NCBI GenBank assembly: GCA_038230375.1
Contig: JBBRNJ010000038.1
Coordinates: forward strand, 14,721-78,720
Reading direction: 5' to 3'
DNA: 64,000 nt
From: Polyangiales bacterium
Lineage (GTDB): Bacteria; Myxococcota_A; Polyangia; Polyangiales; Polyangiaceae
Shown: positions 47,927 to 61,518 of the stretch, piece after piece
How the letters are laid out: each line of letters starts with the position of its first letter
How positions within the stretch are numbered: position 1 is the stretch's first letter
Translations under genes and position numbers: made by a program
The notes under the pieces: generated by a model
What the model was told of the DNA's origin: nothing
The model's database searches: none
What the model saw: only the letters and a program-made list of their open reading frames with translations

Positions 47927-48942
47927 GCTTCTTCCTTTGCGGCGCGTTGCAGTCGGTCGCGGACGCCGGCCCATGCCTCATCGTCCGGGACGGCCTCGAT
48001 CACGATGACGTCGACGCCGCTATCGTCCAGCGAGTGGAGCGCAGCATAGAGCGCGCGGCCATACCCCTCCGCCTCTCCCGGGAGCGACACGACGCGCTCG
48101 GAGCCGCTCGTCACGTGCTCACTCCAGGCGAGCACGCCGACACGTCCGTGGGTGGCTCCGGCGCGAACCAGGTCCGTGGCGTCCTTCAAGCTCTGTCCAT
48201 GGCGGGTCAGCACCACGCGCGCGCGCGGCGCATAGTGTCGTGCGTCCTGACCAGGCGAGAGGTGTGGAGCGTCGCCAGCCACGACGACGCTGCCGTCGAA
48301 CACCACGTCGGAGAGCAGCGCGCGAAGGCGACCGAGCGGCATGGCGCCGGGGCGAAGCACACGCGGGACCGCGGACGAGAGATCGAGCACGGTGGACTCG
48401 ATGCCCGCCATGCACGCGCCGCCATCCAGGATCAGGTCGACCGAGTCACCGAGCGACTTCTGCACGTGCGCCGCGGTGGTGGGTGAGATGGTCTGGTACC
48501 GATTCGCGCTGGGCGCCGCGATGGGCTCGCCGAGCGCGTGAATGAGCGCCTGCGCAACGGGATGATCGGGCGAGCGCAGAGCAACGGTGTCTCCGCCGCC
48601 CGTCACCGCGTCCGGGACGAGCGCGCTCTTCTTCACCACCAGCGTGAGCGGACCGGGCCAGCACGCACGCATCATGGCGCGAACGCGCTCCGGCAAGTCA
48701 CCCTGGATGAGCGGCCGCGCGTCGTCCTCCCCACAGACGTGGAGGATGAGCGGATGGCTGCTGGGCCTGCCCTTCGCAAGGAAGATCTTCGTCACCGCGT
48801 CGGGCGCGAGCCCACGCGCACCCAGGCCATAGACCGTCTCGGTCGGAAACGCGACCAGCGCCCCCGCGCGAAGGACGCGCACTGCGTCTGCGATCACGGC
48901 CGGATCGGGGCTGCCACTGTCCACCGTCACAACGCGGCTCAT
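47923..48942 (-). CDS. sua5: L-threonylcarbamoyladenylate synthase (Sua5 type)
   Basis: FPTETVYGLGA, KGRP..PLI.H, APSAN, GIEST, SPGQ..RHYAP and C-terminal SUA5 domain. Confidence 0.95.
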   Translation of the reverse strand: MSRVVTVDSGSPDPAVIADAVRVLRAGALVAFPTETVYGLGARGLAPDAVTKIFLAKGRPSSHPLILHVCGEDDARPLIQGDLPERVRAMMRACWPGPLTLVVKKSALVPDAVTGGGDTVALRSPDHPVAQALIHALGEPIAAPSANRYQTISPTTAAHVQKSLGDSVDLILDGGACMAGIESTVLDLSSAVPRVLRPGAMPLGRLRALLSDVVFDGSVVVAGDAPHLSPGQDARHYAPRARVVLTRHGQSLKDATDLVRAGATHGRVGVLAWSEHVTSGSERVVSLPGEAEGYGRALYAALHSLDDSGVDVIVIEAVPDDEAWAGVRDRLQRAAKEEA

Positions 48943-48992
48943 CGAGCGCGCGATCATAGCGCAGGACCGGCGAACGGTTCTATGCTGCGCGC

Positions 48993-49604
48993 GTGCGCCT
49001 ATTTCGCCCCTCCTTCCTCTCGGTGACTGCCTTGTCGTTGACCGGCGCGCTCCTCTACGCGTGCGGCGGGCCTGGGAAAGGGCCGGAAGTGGCGCCCGTA
49101 CCGTCCGCGGTGATCGCGAGAGACGGCGGCGCGGGCACGGCACAGGCGCCCAGCACGCTTCCGAGCGGCCTGCCCGCCTACGCGCCGATGCCCGAGCCCG
49201 GCGTGAAGGGCTCCGCGAAGGTCACGCTGAAGACGGCGGAGCTCTGCGTGAGCCCAGCGACCGCCAACGCGAAGGCCCCGCCGGTGTCTACCCTGCTCGC
49301 ATGCGACAAGGGGTTGAAGGCCGTGGGCGCGGCGTTCGAGGGCAACTCCGGCGAGGGTGACGCAGCACAGACGACGACGTTCCGCGCAGAGAAGGGCCGC
49401 TGCTATCGCGTGTATAGTACATCCGACACGGGGAGCCTCGTGGTGGTGCTCACGGACTCCGCGGGGGCGCGGGTCGCGGAGTCGCCGGGCCCCGCGACAC
49501 CAGAGCGCGCGCTCGCGTGTTTCACGTCGGCGGACACCGTGACCGTGAGCGCTGCGGTCGGACGCGGCAAGGGCCACTTCGCCGTGCAGGTCGCGTCGGA
49601 CTGA
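48993..49604 (+). CDS. Hypothetical lipoprotein
   Basis: Lipobox LYAC, GRCYRV motif. Confidence 0.75.
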   Translation: MRLFRPSFLSVTALSLTGALLYACGGPGKGPEVAPVPSAVIARDGGAGTAQAPSTLPSGLPAYAPMPEPGVKGSAKVTLKTAELCVSPATANAKAPPVSTLLACDKGLKAVGAAFEGNSGEGDAAQTTTFRAEKGRCYRVYSTSDTGSLVVVLTDSAGARVAESPGPATPERALACFTSADTVTVSAAVGRGKGHFAVQVASD

Positions 49605-49621
49605 GCACGCGCTCGTGCCGG

Positions 49622-50449
49622 TCAGGGCGATGAGACCAGATAGTAGTCGATGAACGTGTCGAACGACGACGCAGAGGACGCCTTCAAGGCCCCGACTGTC
49701 GTGGCGGTCAGCACGTCGGGCCCGTAAGGCACCATGAACTGCTCCCCCGTGCTCAAGGACACGTTGAACTGTCCGGCGCTGTAGTTGACGGTAACGACGC
49801 GGTCCATCGACGCATTGACTGAAACCGAGGTCACGCTTGTTGGCGTTTCGAGGACGAGCGCGGTGTCGGAGGCCTTCAATGAGACGTGCGCTCCGCTGGT
49901 GAACCCGAGCTGCAAGACTGTGAGGCTTCCTCCCGCGGCGATGGTGGCGTGGAACTTCACGACGACGGTGAAGTAGGCAGGCGCAGGCATGATCTTCAGC
50001 GTGCTGATGAACGCGTCGTCGCTTGGTGCTGCGGAGTGCGCATGGAGGTCGCCGCCCTGCAATGCAAGCGTCGCGGTGGCCACGACCGTGCTGGAGAAAG
50101 CGCCGGAGCTATCGAGGACGCCGTTGAGCCACCCGGTCGTGATCTGTGGTCCATCGAAGTCCTGGCACACCAGCTGGTTCTTGGTGTGGCCCTGGCAGTA
50201 GGCGCTCGCACCGGTCCCGCCATCGCTCCCGCCGGAAGTCGTGCCGCCCTCCGTCAGCTCATTGTTGCCCGTGCCGTCGGCGGTCGGCTGGACGGCTCCG
50301 TCCCCCGGCGAGGCGGCTTCGCTGGCATCTTCGTAGGTTGCCAACCCGTTGGGGTCGGATCCCCCGTACGGGGTGAAGACACCGCACGCCCCCACGAAGG
50401 CGGCCGCGACCACCAACGTTCCGATCGACGAGTGCACACCACCCTTCAT
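49622..50449 (-). CDS. Hypothetical lipoprotein (beta-rich)
   Basis: Lipobox VGAC, YC...VCQDFD, C-terminal FIDYYLV. Paralog-like to the gene at 9906-10700. Confidence 0.7.
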   Translation of the reverse strand: MKGGVHSSIGTLVVAAAFVGACGVFTPYGGSDPNGLATYEDASEAASPGDGAVQPTADGTGNNELTEGGTTSGGSDGGTGASAYCQGHTKNQLVCQDFDGPQITTGWLNGVLDSSGAFSSTVVATATLALQGGDLHAHSAAPSDDAFISTLKIMPAPAYFTVVVKFHATIAAGGSLTVLQLGFTSGAHVSLKASDTALVLETPTSVTSVSVNASMDRVVTVNYSAGQFNVSLSTGEQFMVPYGPDVLTATTVGALKASSASSFDTFIDYYLVSSP

Positions 50450-50588
50450 GTTGACAGCATAGCTCAGGCGCGTTTCGCGGTGCCGGCTATGACCGGACGT
50501 TGCGCCTACATGAACACTCAGAAATGGAGAAATCCCCGGCAATATGCGATCGCCCCGCCCGGTTGTGCTCACGGGAGAGGGAACACCT

Positions 50589-53753
<3,165 letters not shown>

Positions 53754-53754
53754 A

Positions 53755-54573
53755 TTACATCAATGCCTCGACCAGGCCGCCGATCTTGTCGTCGCTCGCG
53801 AAGATCTCGTCCACCACGTCGCTGTCCTCGAGGATCTCGATCACCCGCGCCTTCCGCTCACTCTTGATGGGGTGAACCAGCGCCTCGTGTAGCTCCTTGA
53901 TGAGCGGCTCCAGGTTCGCCCGCTTCGTCATCTCGACGAACTTCCGCTCCTGAAGCACCTCCACGAGCACGCGTGCCGCGCGGTCCTCGGCAACGACGGG
54001 AGCACCGGCCTCGGGAGGCGGCGGAGGCGGCGCGTCCAGCAGCATGAGCCGCCCGTCGTCGAAGTCCTCTTCGTCGGGATCCTCGTTTGGCGCGGCGACG
54101 AGCTTCTGCTCCATGTCGTCGGCCAGGGCGGTGATCCACGCGTCCATGTCGGTGGCGAGAGTCGTCACCTCCCACGTCTCGTGATCCCACGCCGACACGC
54201 GACCGTTCGTCGTGTCCACCACCAGCAGGTTGCCGCCTGCATCCAGCGCAAACGGAAGGAGCTCCTCGGGGAACTTGCCCAGGTCGCGCATGAACGCGAG
54301 CCGCTTCTCGGCTGCGTCCACGGAGAGCCACCACATGTAGCGCGCCCACTGCGCGTTCTTCGGCGCGCGCATCGCCGCGAGGATCGCGGACTCCTCGTCG
54401 TGCGTGCCGTCGTGCGCCAGGTACATCGCGACGACGCCAGCGGGCAGTGATCTGCCGACAGCGGCGGCGAGCTTCTCCAGCGATGCAGGAGACGCAGGTG
54501 GACGGAGCTGCGCCAGGACGGAGGGAGCGTTCCGTTCGAGCCACCGGTCGACCCGTGACCAAGGCAAAGACAT
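53755..54573 (-). CDS. SMI1/KNR4 family protein
   Basis: W..VD.WL...AP....LRPPAS, LP....MY..HDG, LLPFALDAGGN...VD and WDHE motifs. Confidence 0.85.
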   Translation of the reverse strand: MSLPWSRVDRWLERNAPSVLAQLRPPASPASLEKLAAAVGRSLPAGVVAMYLAHDGTHDEESAILAAMRAPKNAQWARYMWWLSVDAAEKRLAFMRDLGKFPEELLPFALDAGGNLLVVDTTNGRVSAWDHETWEVTTLATDMDAWITALADDMEQKLVAAPNEDPDEEDFDDGRLMLLDAPPPPPPEAGAPVVAEDRAARVLVEVLQERKFVEMTKRANLEPLIKELHEALVHPIKSERKARVIEILEDSDVVDEIFASDDKIGGLVEALM

Positions 54574-54610
54574 GCGGCTCAGCGTAACCCACGTCTGATA
54601 TCTCGTTCGT

Positions 54611-55723
54611 ATGGGTTTGTTGCCGCTGGGAAGAAGGGTCGTGGTGCGAGAGCTCGCGGAGTCGCCGCCCGAGGCCATCGCGAACCACATGTCACTGGAG
54701 GACATGGCTGCGCCGGATCCCGCGAGCCTCGGCGCGCGCGACGTGATCGTGAAGATCGCAAGCGCGCAGGTGGGCTGGGTCGATCTGCTCATGACGAGCG
54801 GTCAGTACCAGCACCTGCCGAAGCCGCCTTACTGTCCGGGGCTCGAGTACGCGGGAGAGGTGGCGTGGGTCGGCGCGGAGGTCACGAAGGTGGGCCTGCG
54901 GGATCGCGTGCTCGTGGACGGCTTTCTTGCCGGGCCGCGCTCGCTCGGCGCATACCAGGCGTACGGCGGGTTCGCCACCTACGGCGTTGCACCAGAAGAG
55001 GCCGTGCTGCCGGTCCCTGGCGCGCTCTCGTTCGATCAGGCGTGCAACCTGCTCGGCAACTACGAGACCGCGTACCACTGCCTGGTCACACGCGGAAAGC
55101 TGCAGGCCGGCGAGACGGTGCTTGTCCACGGCGCGTCCGGTGCGACGGGGCTCGCGGCCGTGCATGTTGCGAAGCTCCTGGGCGCGAACGTGATCGCGAC
55201 CGGGCGCTCGGAGGCGAAGCTCGCGGTCGTGAAGGAGGAGGGCGCGGACCACGTCATCAACACACGCGGCGAAGGCGACGCTCCGCTCCGCTCCTTCAAG
55301 GACGAGGTGAAGGCACTCACAGGTGGTCAGGGCGTGGACGTGATCTACGACGGCGTGGGCGGCGACATCTCGGTCGAGAGCCTGCGATGCGTGAAGTTCG
55401 GCGCGCGCTTCCTCATCGTCGGCTGGGCGGCCACACCGTTCGTCGCGAAGGGAAAGGGACAGCGCGGCGCGCCCAACGCAAACCAGCTGCCAACGAACTT
55501 GCTCATGATGAAGGGGCTCGACGTGCTCGGCTGCCCGACCGTGATTTCCACGGTCATGCACCCGGAGCTGCGGCCGCCGCGACTGGCCCAGGTGATCGCA
55601 TGGGCGGCGGACGGGAAGGTGCGGCCGCATGTCTCGCACACGTTTGCGCTCACGGAGTTTCAGGCCGCGATGCGCGCGAAGTGGAGCGGCGAGGTCGTGG
55701 GCGGGTGCGTGGTCCACCCGTGA
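54611..55723 (+). CDS. NADPH:quinone oxidoreductase family (MDR) protein
   Basis: GQYQ..P.PPY.PGLE.AG, VLVHGASGATG and GVDVIYDGVGG motifs. Confidence 0.93.
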   Translation: MGLLPLGRRVVVRELAESPPEAIANHMSLEDMAAPDPASLGARDVIVKIASAQVGWVDLLMTSGQYQHLPKPPYCPGLEYAGEVAWVGAEVTKVGLRDRVLVDGFLAGPRSLGAYQAYGGFATYGVAPEEAVLPVPGALSFDQACNLLGNYETAYHCLVTRGKLQAGETVLVHGASGATGLAAVHVAKLLGANVIATGRSEAKLAVVKEEGADHVINTRGEGDAPLRSFKDEVKALTGGQGVDVIYDGVGGDISVESLRCVKFGARFLIVGWAATPFVAKGKGQRGAPNANQLPTNLLMMKGLDVLGCPTVISTVMHPELRPPRLAQVIAWAADGKVRPHVSHTFALTEFQAAMRAKWSGEVVGGCVVHP

Positions 55724-55732
55724 CGTTCGGGC

Positions 55733-56818
55733 CTACAGACCAGACGAACGGCGGATGTAGACCGAGACGAGAACCGTGGTCGAGTGCGTGTGCGGGCCCT
55801 CCACCCCGGTGACCGTGAGCGAATAGTTGCCAGGCGCAACTGAGCCGCCAATCGTCAGGTAGAGCTGCGTGGAACCACCTGCGGCCACGGAACCCAGGAT
55901 GGCCGCCGACATGCCCGCTGGCGCACCGCTCACCGAGAGGTAAACGGTGCCAGGCGCCCCAGTGGCGGTGGTGCTGATGAGCGCGGTGGTCGACGCGCCC
56001 CGTTGCAGGTTCAGGGTCGATGGTGCGCTCGCGATGGCGAAGTCGGCGACCTCGGGGCCCACGACATCGACCAGCAGCGCGGACGTGTGCGCGCCGCTGC
56101 TTGCGCTGCCGGTGATCGCGATCGAATAGAGGCCCAGGGCTGTGGTGCTTCCGGCGTTGAAGGTGAACAACGCGGTGCCTCCGGCCGGGACCGATGGGAT
56201 GGAGAACTGGGCAGTGGCGCCCGCCGGCAGACCCGAGTCGCTCAAGAAGATGGTCTCGCTGGTTCCTGCGATGCCTGCTGTGGAGACGATCGCGGTTCCG
56301 GCGTGACCCTGGCTCACGATGAGCACCGTGGGCGCGACGGCAAGGGCGAAATCGGGAGCGACGATCGACAGCGCGAGCGTGACGGAGCGCGCACCGCTCG
56401 CAGCGGTTCCCGTCACCGTGACCTGATAGTCACCGGGTGCGGCCGTTCCAGCGTCAATCGTGACCAACGCTCCGGCCCCGGTGGTCATCGTGGTGGGCGA
56501 AACGGACGCTGTTGCACCGGTCGGAACCCCGCTCAACCCGACCAACAGCGTTGCAGGCGAGCCCGACAGCAAGTGCGTTTGCAGCGTTGCCGTGGCGCTG
56601 CTTCCCTGCGCCACCGAAAGAGCCGATGGCGTGACGCCCATCGAAAAATCAAACCCCGTCTCGTTGATCAAGGCTTCGGTCGACACCGTTCCTTCGCCTG
56701 GCGCGACCACGCCACCTTCTCGGGCATCCCCACATCCGGCCATGACCAACAGGGCGGCGAAGAAGACGAACTTGAGCCACTCGATACGAATCTGCAGGGA
56801 ATCCAGGCGTGAGATCAT
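55733..56818 (-). CDS. Lipoprotein with three tandem Ig-like ~100-aa repeats
   Basis: Lipobox MAGC. Repeats begin DFS/DFA..P..L.V.QG and end G.Y...VTG. Start uncertain. Confidence 0.75.
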   Translation of the reverse strand: MISRLDSLQIRIEWLKFVFFAALLVMAGCGDAREGGVVAPGEGTVSTEALINETGFDFSMGVTPSALSVAQGSSATATLQTHLLSGSPATLLVGLSGVPTGATASVSPTTMTTGAGALVTIDAGTAAPGDYQVTVTGTAASGARSVTLALSIVAPDFALAVAPTVLIVSQGHAGTAIVSTAGIAGTSETIFLSDSGLPAGATAQFSIPSVPAGGTALFTFNAGSTTALGLYSIAITGSASSGAHTSALLVDVVGPEVADFAIASAPSTLNLQRGASTTALISTTATGAPGTVYLSVSGAPAGMSAAILGSVAAGGSTQLYLTIGGSVAPGNYSLTVTGVEGPHTHSTTVLVSVYIRRSSGL

Positions 56819-56983
56819 CGGTCGCTCCTTGGCGTCTGGCTCGAGAGCCAATGTAGGCCTACCAGCGAAACCCGCGGATGCCAGGGGGAGCACATCCCCT
56901 CAGAGAGCGTTCATTCTCCGCTCAGAGATACGCGCGGCAGAGACGGGGGAAGGTGTTCCGCGATGGGTGCGTAGAGATCAGGG

Positions 56984-57961
56984 ATGACGTTCTCCCGCAC
57001 CGCTATCGCCGCTCTCGCTCCGATCGTAGTCACCCTGGCTGCATGTGGTGGAGCTGCGCAGGCTCCCACGCCGGAGGCTCACACGGCAGCGGCGCTTCCC
57101 GAGACGCCGGCGACGCGCACGCAAGCGCAGGGCACGAGCAAGCCCGTGAACATGAGCGTGGCGATGGACTCGTCGGAGTGTGGGAAGCTGCGCGGGGACG
57201 AGACCACCGTGGCGCTCTTCAAGAAGGGCTGCGATGGCGGCGACGCCACCGGATGTCACGAGCTCTTCGCTCGCTACCTGTGTGGCGTGGGCGTTCCGCA
57301 AGACTCGGAGCATGCGCGTGAGGCGGCGACGCGCGCGTGCGATCTAGGCCTGGTCCAGGCGTGCGCCAACGCGGGCATGCTGCTTGGCAACCAGCCGGGC
57401 GGCAACAAGGCGCTCGGGCGCAAGATGCTCGAGAAGGGCTGCACTGGCGGCGACGTCGCGGCGTGCAACAACCTGGGCACGATGGACATGATGAGCGGCG
57501 ACGGCCAGGGCCCCGTGCGCGCGGCCGCGATGTTCCAGAAGCTGTGCGACACGGGCAACGTCATGTCGTGCGCGAACCTTGCACAGATCCTCGCGGTCGG
57601 CCTTGGCGACGTGCCGATGGATCAGACGCGCGCGCGCACGCTCGCGGACAGTGCGTGCGCGAAGGACAACTTCGTCGCGTGCAACGTGATGGGCATCGTC
57701 CTCTTCCAGGGCGTGCCCTCGGACCCCAGCGGCGCCGCGAAGGCGTGGACGAAGGCGTGCGACCTTGGCGCGCCCGCATCGTGCGACAACCTGGGTCAGC
57801 TCTATCAGCACGGCGCGGGCGTCGAACTGGACGTAGCGCACGCGACAAACCTTTATCGCAAGGGCTGCAACGCGGGCGTCGCGCACTCGTGCACGGCGCT
57901 GGGTCAGCTGGGAGCCACCGCCAACGTGCTGGGCACCGGCGTGACCAACACCACGTTCTGA
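56984..57961 (+). CDS. Sel1-like repeat lipoprotein (Hcp-like)
   Basis: Lipobox LAAC and repeated KAC..G...AC.NLG units. Confidence 0.9.
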   Translation: MTFSRTAIAALAPIVVTLAACGGAAQAPTPEAHTAAALPETPATRTQAQGTSKPVNMSVAMDSSECGKLRGDETTVALFKKGCDGGDATGCHELFARYLCGVGVPQDSEHAREAATRACDLGLVQACANAGMLLGNQPGGNKALGRKMLEKGCTGGDVAACNNLGTMDMMSGDGQGPVRAAAMFQKLCDTGNVMSCANLAQILAVGLGDVPMDQTRARTLADSACAKDNFVACNVMGIVLFQGVPSDPSGAAKAWTKACDLGAPASCDNLGQLYQHGAGVELDVAHATNLYRKGCNAGVAHSCTALGQLGATANVLGTGVTNTTF

Positions 57962-57962
57962 G

Positions 57963-59066
57963 TCATTTCTCGTCGAGCCGTGCTCCTTCGTACCAGGGGC
58001 GCTTGCTTCGGAAGGCCCACCACGTGAACCACACGAGGAAGGGTAGCGGCATCCAGAGGAAGATTCCGTTGAGCGGATCGATCCACGGCTTCGGTCCGAG
58101 GTAGGTCGCGTAGGGGTAGAACGAGCGGCAGGTGGGGACCTTCTGGTTCGGGCGGTCCTTCAGGACCCCGTAGCTCTTGCTGTCGATGTAGTCGTCGAAG
58201 GTGTCGCCGTTCGGTGTGAGCACGATGGCGTGATAGGCCGTGCCGCCTTTGGTGGACTGGGCGCGCACGCTGTCCACCACGCCCGTTTCATGCACGCCAA
58301 AGCAGAGCACGGTGAGCCATGGCACCACCGCCACGAGGACGATCAGGAGCCACGCCAGACCTCCCGCGATCGCGCCGTGCGAGAGCGCGCGGATGCGGGC
58401 GTCGAAGCGGTGGAGGACCGCGTCCGTTGCGATCAGAAGCGAGCCGCCTTCCTTCGGCTCGAGCGTGCAGCGTTCGTCGCCGCCGCGGTAGGCCATGGCG
58501 ACCTGTGCGCCGCCGCGCAAGGTCCCTTCGACGAAGATGCGCTGACCGTTCTTGATGGTGGCTTTGCGCACGCGCTTGCGGTCCGCCTCCAATACCTGCG
58601 TCGCGAGCTCGTCGACGATCACCGGTGATTCACCGGGCTCCACGTGGATGGGCGGGCCCTGGTCGGGGAGCAGCTCGAAGGAAACAACGCGCGTGATCCG
58701 CTCCTTCTCGGTCCACACCCAGTAGGGCGAACCCTTCGACGGACGGATCTCTTCGTGGTCTTGGCGGATGGTGACCTGCGCCGCGATCCGATCCTTGGCG
58801 TCGCAGCGAACCACCCCCGCGACAAGCTTCACGCGCCCGACGCTCGGGCCTCCGCCACCTTCGCCTGCAGCCGCCGCAGCGAACGCCGCACGTTGAGCAC
58901 GTGCGCGCGCGCGATAGCGAACGATCTGCAGCGCGGCGAACAGCGGAGGCGCCGCGTACGCGACCAGGTAGAGGACCGCGAACACGACGGACGTCGCCGT
59001 TCCCGTTCGCAACGCCGACCAGTACGCGTCAGAAGACAGGTCGGATACGGGGGCCAGGTCAGGCAT
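57963..59066 (-). CDS. Hypothetical membrane protein
   Basis: Three TM segments. Start MPDLAP overlaps the end of the DUF4132 gene. Confidence 0.7.
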   Translation of the reverse strand: MPDLAPVSDLSSDAYWSALRTGTATSVVFAVLYLVAYAAPPLFAALQIVRYRARARAQRAAFAAAAAGEGGGGPSVGRVKLVAGVVRCDAKDRIAAQVTIRQDHEEIRPSKGSPYWVWTEKERITRVVSFELLPDQGPPIHVEPGESPVIVDELATQVLEADRKRVRKATIKNGQRIFVEGTLRGGAQVAMAYRGGDERCTLEPKEGGSLLIATDAVLHRFDARIRALSHGAIAGGLAWLLIVLVAVVPWLTVLCFGVHETGVVDSVRAQSTKGGTAYHAIVLTPNGDTFDDYIDSKSYGVLKDRPNQKVPTCRSFYPYATYLGPKPWIDPLNGIFLWMPLPFLVWFTWWAFRSKRPWYEGARLDEK

Positions 59067-61424
59067 TCTGACTCGCGGAGCGGCTGCGTGCCTGCTCCAG
59101 GTCCAGCAGGAGCTCGGAGTAGTCGATGGGCGGCAATCGCTCGAGCGCATAGCTGCTTCGCGCGAGCGTGATCGTGAAGACCTCGTTCTTCGCGCCGCTG
59201 CCGTGGAGTGAGACCGCGGGGGTCACCTGGAAGCGCCCGATGGCTCCGCACGGCAGCGTGCGCGAGTACTCCGTCATCCCGTCGTCATCGAAACGCGCGC
59301 GCCACCCGCGTCGTCCCAGCTGGAACAGCCGACCGCGGCTTGTCTCTATGCCCACCGCGCGCTTCACGTCGTGCTCTCCGATCTCTTCCGGCGCCCGGAT
59401 GTAGACCTCGCGCGAGAGCTGCGGGAACGGCTGCATGAGCTGGTAGTCCGACAGGAGCGCCTGCCACGCGGCGCGCTTCGCCTGGTCCATGAGGATCGGA
59501 TGCACCACGGTGATCGCGCGCTCGCCCAGCGCGACCGCCTTGTCCTCGACGTCTGCAAACGTGCCGTCCTCTGCGATGCGGAACGTGAACGAAGCGTCGC
59601 CGGGGTTGGCGCTCCACACGACCCTGCGACCAAGGTGGCGCAGCAGCGGGTGAACCACGAAGCGCTCGCGAAACTGCGTAGCCGTGAACGTGCGCTGTGT
59701 GCACATCACGGAAGCGAGCAGCGCCGTCTGGAATCGCGCGACGGTGGTGGCGTCCTTGCTGAGGCTCGTGAAGCGCTCCTTCGCGTCGGCATACTTCTGC
59801 GTGTCGTCGTCCTTGCGGAGGCGCGGAAAGCCTTCCACGCGCGCGTCCTGCGCGTCCATCAGGTAGGGCGCGAGCCCCTCGTTGAAGCGCACGCGGTAGA
59901 CACGCTTGCCAAGGTCGAAGGTGGCGGAGCCGTCCTCGTCGAGTCCCACGGTGGGGACCGGAGCGTCCACCGCGTCGTGCGGGAGATCCGCCTCCTCGTC
60001 CCCAGCGTGCGATGCGCCTCCTTGCGAAGCCAGGCTTGCACGCCCGTCTTCGCCAGATCTTCCAGGACCATGCGCGCGACGTCGGTATCGATTGCGCCGA
60101 GCACCGCGCAACCGGTGCGTGCGAACGCCCACTCGCGGCTGCCCGGCGCGATGACAACGTTGCGTCCGTCCTCCCAGCCATGACGTGGGGGCTCGGCGCC
60201 GCGGGCCCATGCGCGAACACAGCTGCCCATCTCCCGCGCGCACCCGTCGCCTCCGATCTTTCCGGACGACTCCAGCGCCCAGAGCTCGCGCGGATCCTCG
60301 CCGGCGTCACGCCACGCGCGGAACAGCGCCAGGGCAAACGCATCCAGTGACTCGACATTGCATGCGGCGCGGACCTCGGCGACGCCCGCATAGGGGCGCG
60401 CGAGAGGGGAGAACCGGAGCATCTCGCACAGCGCGCGTATCGCGTCGTCAGGGAGCGCCTCGCCATCGGAGAGCCGCGGACGAGGCATCGCATCCACGGC
60501 CACGAACGCCGGAAGGGCCGCGACGCCCTCGGGGACGGCTGCAAGATCGCGCTCCGCCTCGCTGACGCGGACGCGAGCAACGTACGCTGCGGCAGCCGGC
60601 TCATTCGTGAGGCGGGCAACGGCACGCGTATCGAGACCACGCGCCGCGAAGAAGAGCCCCCATGCCAGCGCGCTCTCCGTTTTCGTCGCAAGTGGCGCAA
60701 GAGCGGCCAGCGGCGTGAGCCACTCCACGAGCGCGGGGCTGGTCGAGAGCGTGCTGCGAAGCGCATCCATGCCGCCGTGCGACGCGACGAACGCCAGGCC
60801 GGCGCGCGCGAGATCACGTTCGCGTCCCGGCTCGCCCTGCGCCAGGTGCGCGAGGCCCTGGCCAACGGCGGCAGCGTGGCGAAGCATCCAGCTCTCGGCA
60901 TGGAGGCGCGCCGGAGCAACGTCCAGCTGCACGGGGATCTCACGCTCCGCGAAGATGGCCGCTGCGTTGCGCGCGAGGTCGGGTGAGCGCAGTGGCATGG
61001 CGACCTCGAACAAACCGCGTTCACGCGGAGCCGCGCGCACCAGTGAAACGGCGTGCTCGGCAAGGTCGTTGCCGACGCGGCCAAGCAGCATGGTCAGCGT
61101 GGTCGCGTCGATCGTCGACGGTGTGAGCTCAGCGCCGAGCTCCGCGAGCTTCTCGTCGCCCAGACGTGCGAGCTCCGTCGCGCGAAGAGGCTCCTTCTTG
61201 TCCAGGTCCGCAAGGAGGCGCTCGAAGAGGCGCTCTTCCGCGACCTCGCCCAGACGCGGGTGCTCCTTTCCGCGAAATCGCTCCTGCTCACCAGGCTCCC
61301 ACACGAGCACGGCTGGCGACCGCGCTGGCACAACCGCGGAGGTCGCTGGCGCAGACACCGCGGCTCCGCCGTTGCGCGCGGGCCGACGCCAGGGCGGATC
61401 GGACAGGATCGATGGCAGGGACAT
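59059..61424 (-). pseudogene. DUF4132 domain protein split by a frameshift at about 60000
   Basis: N-terminal frame (from 61424; LSDPPW, LPDDA..ALCEMLRFS) switches at a G4 run to a frame encoding VPTVGLD.DG...HPLL.HLGRRVVW...W..LLSDYQLMQPFPQLSREVY. Confidence 0.8.
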
Positions 61425-61518
61425 GCGGGCAAAATACCACATCACTTTCTCTGACGGATTCTCTGGCGAGCCCCCAAACGTGGGTGCCGGGGCGAGAACG
61501 CCGCGGCAGGAGCTGGCA

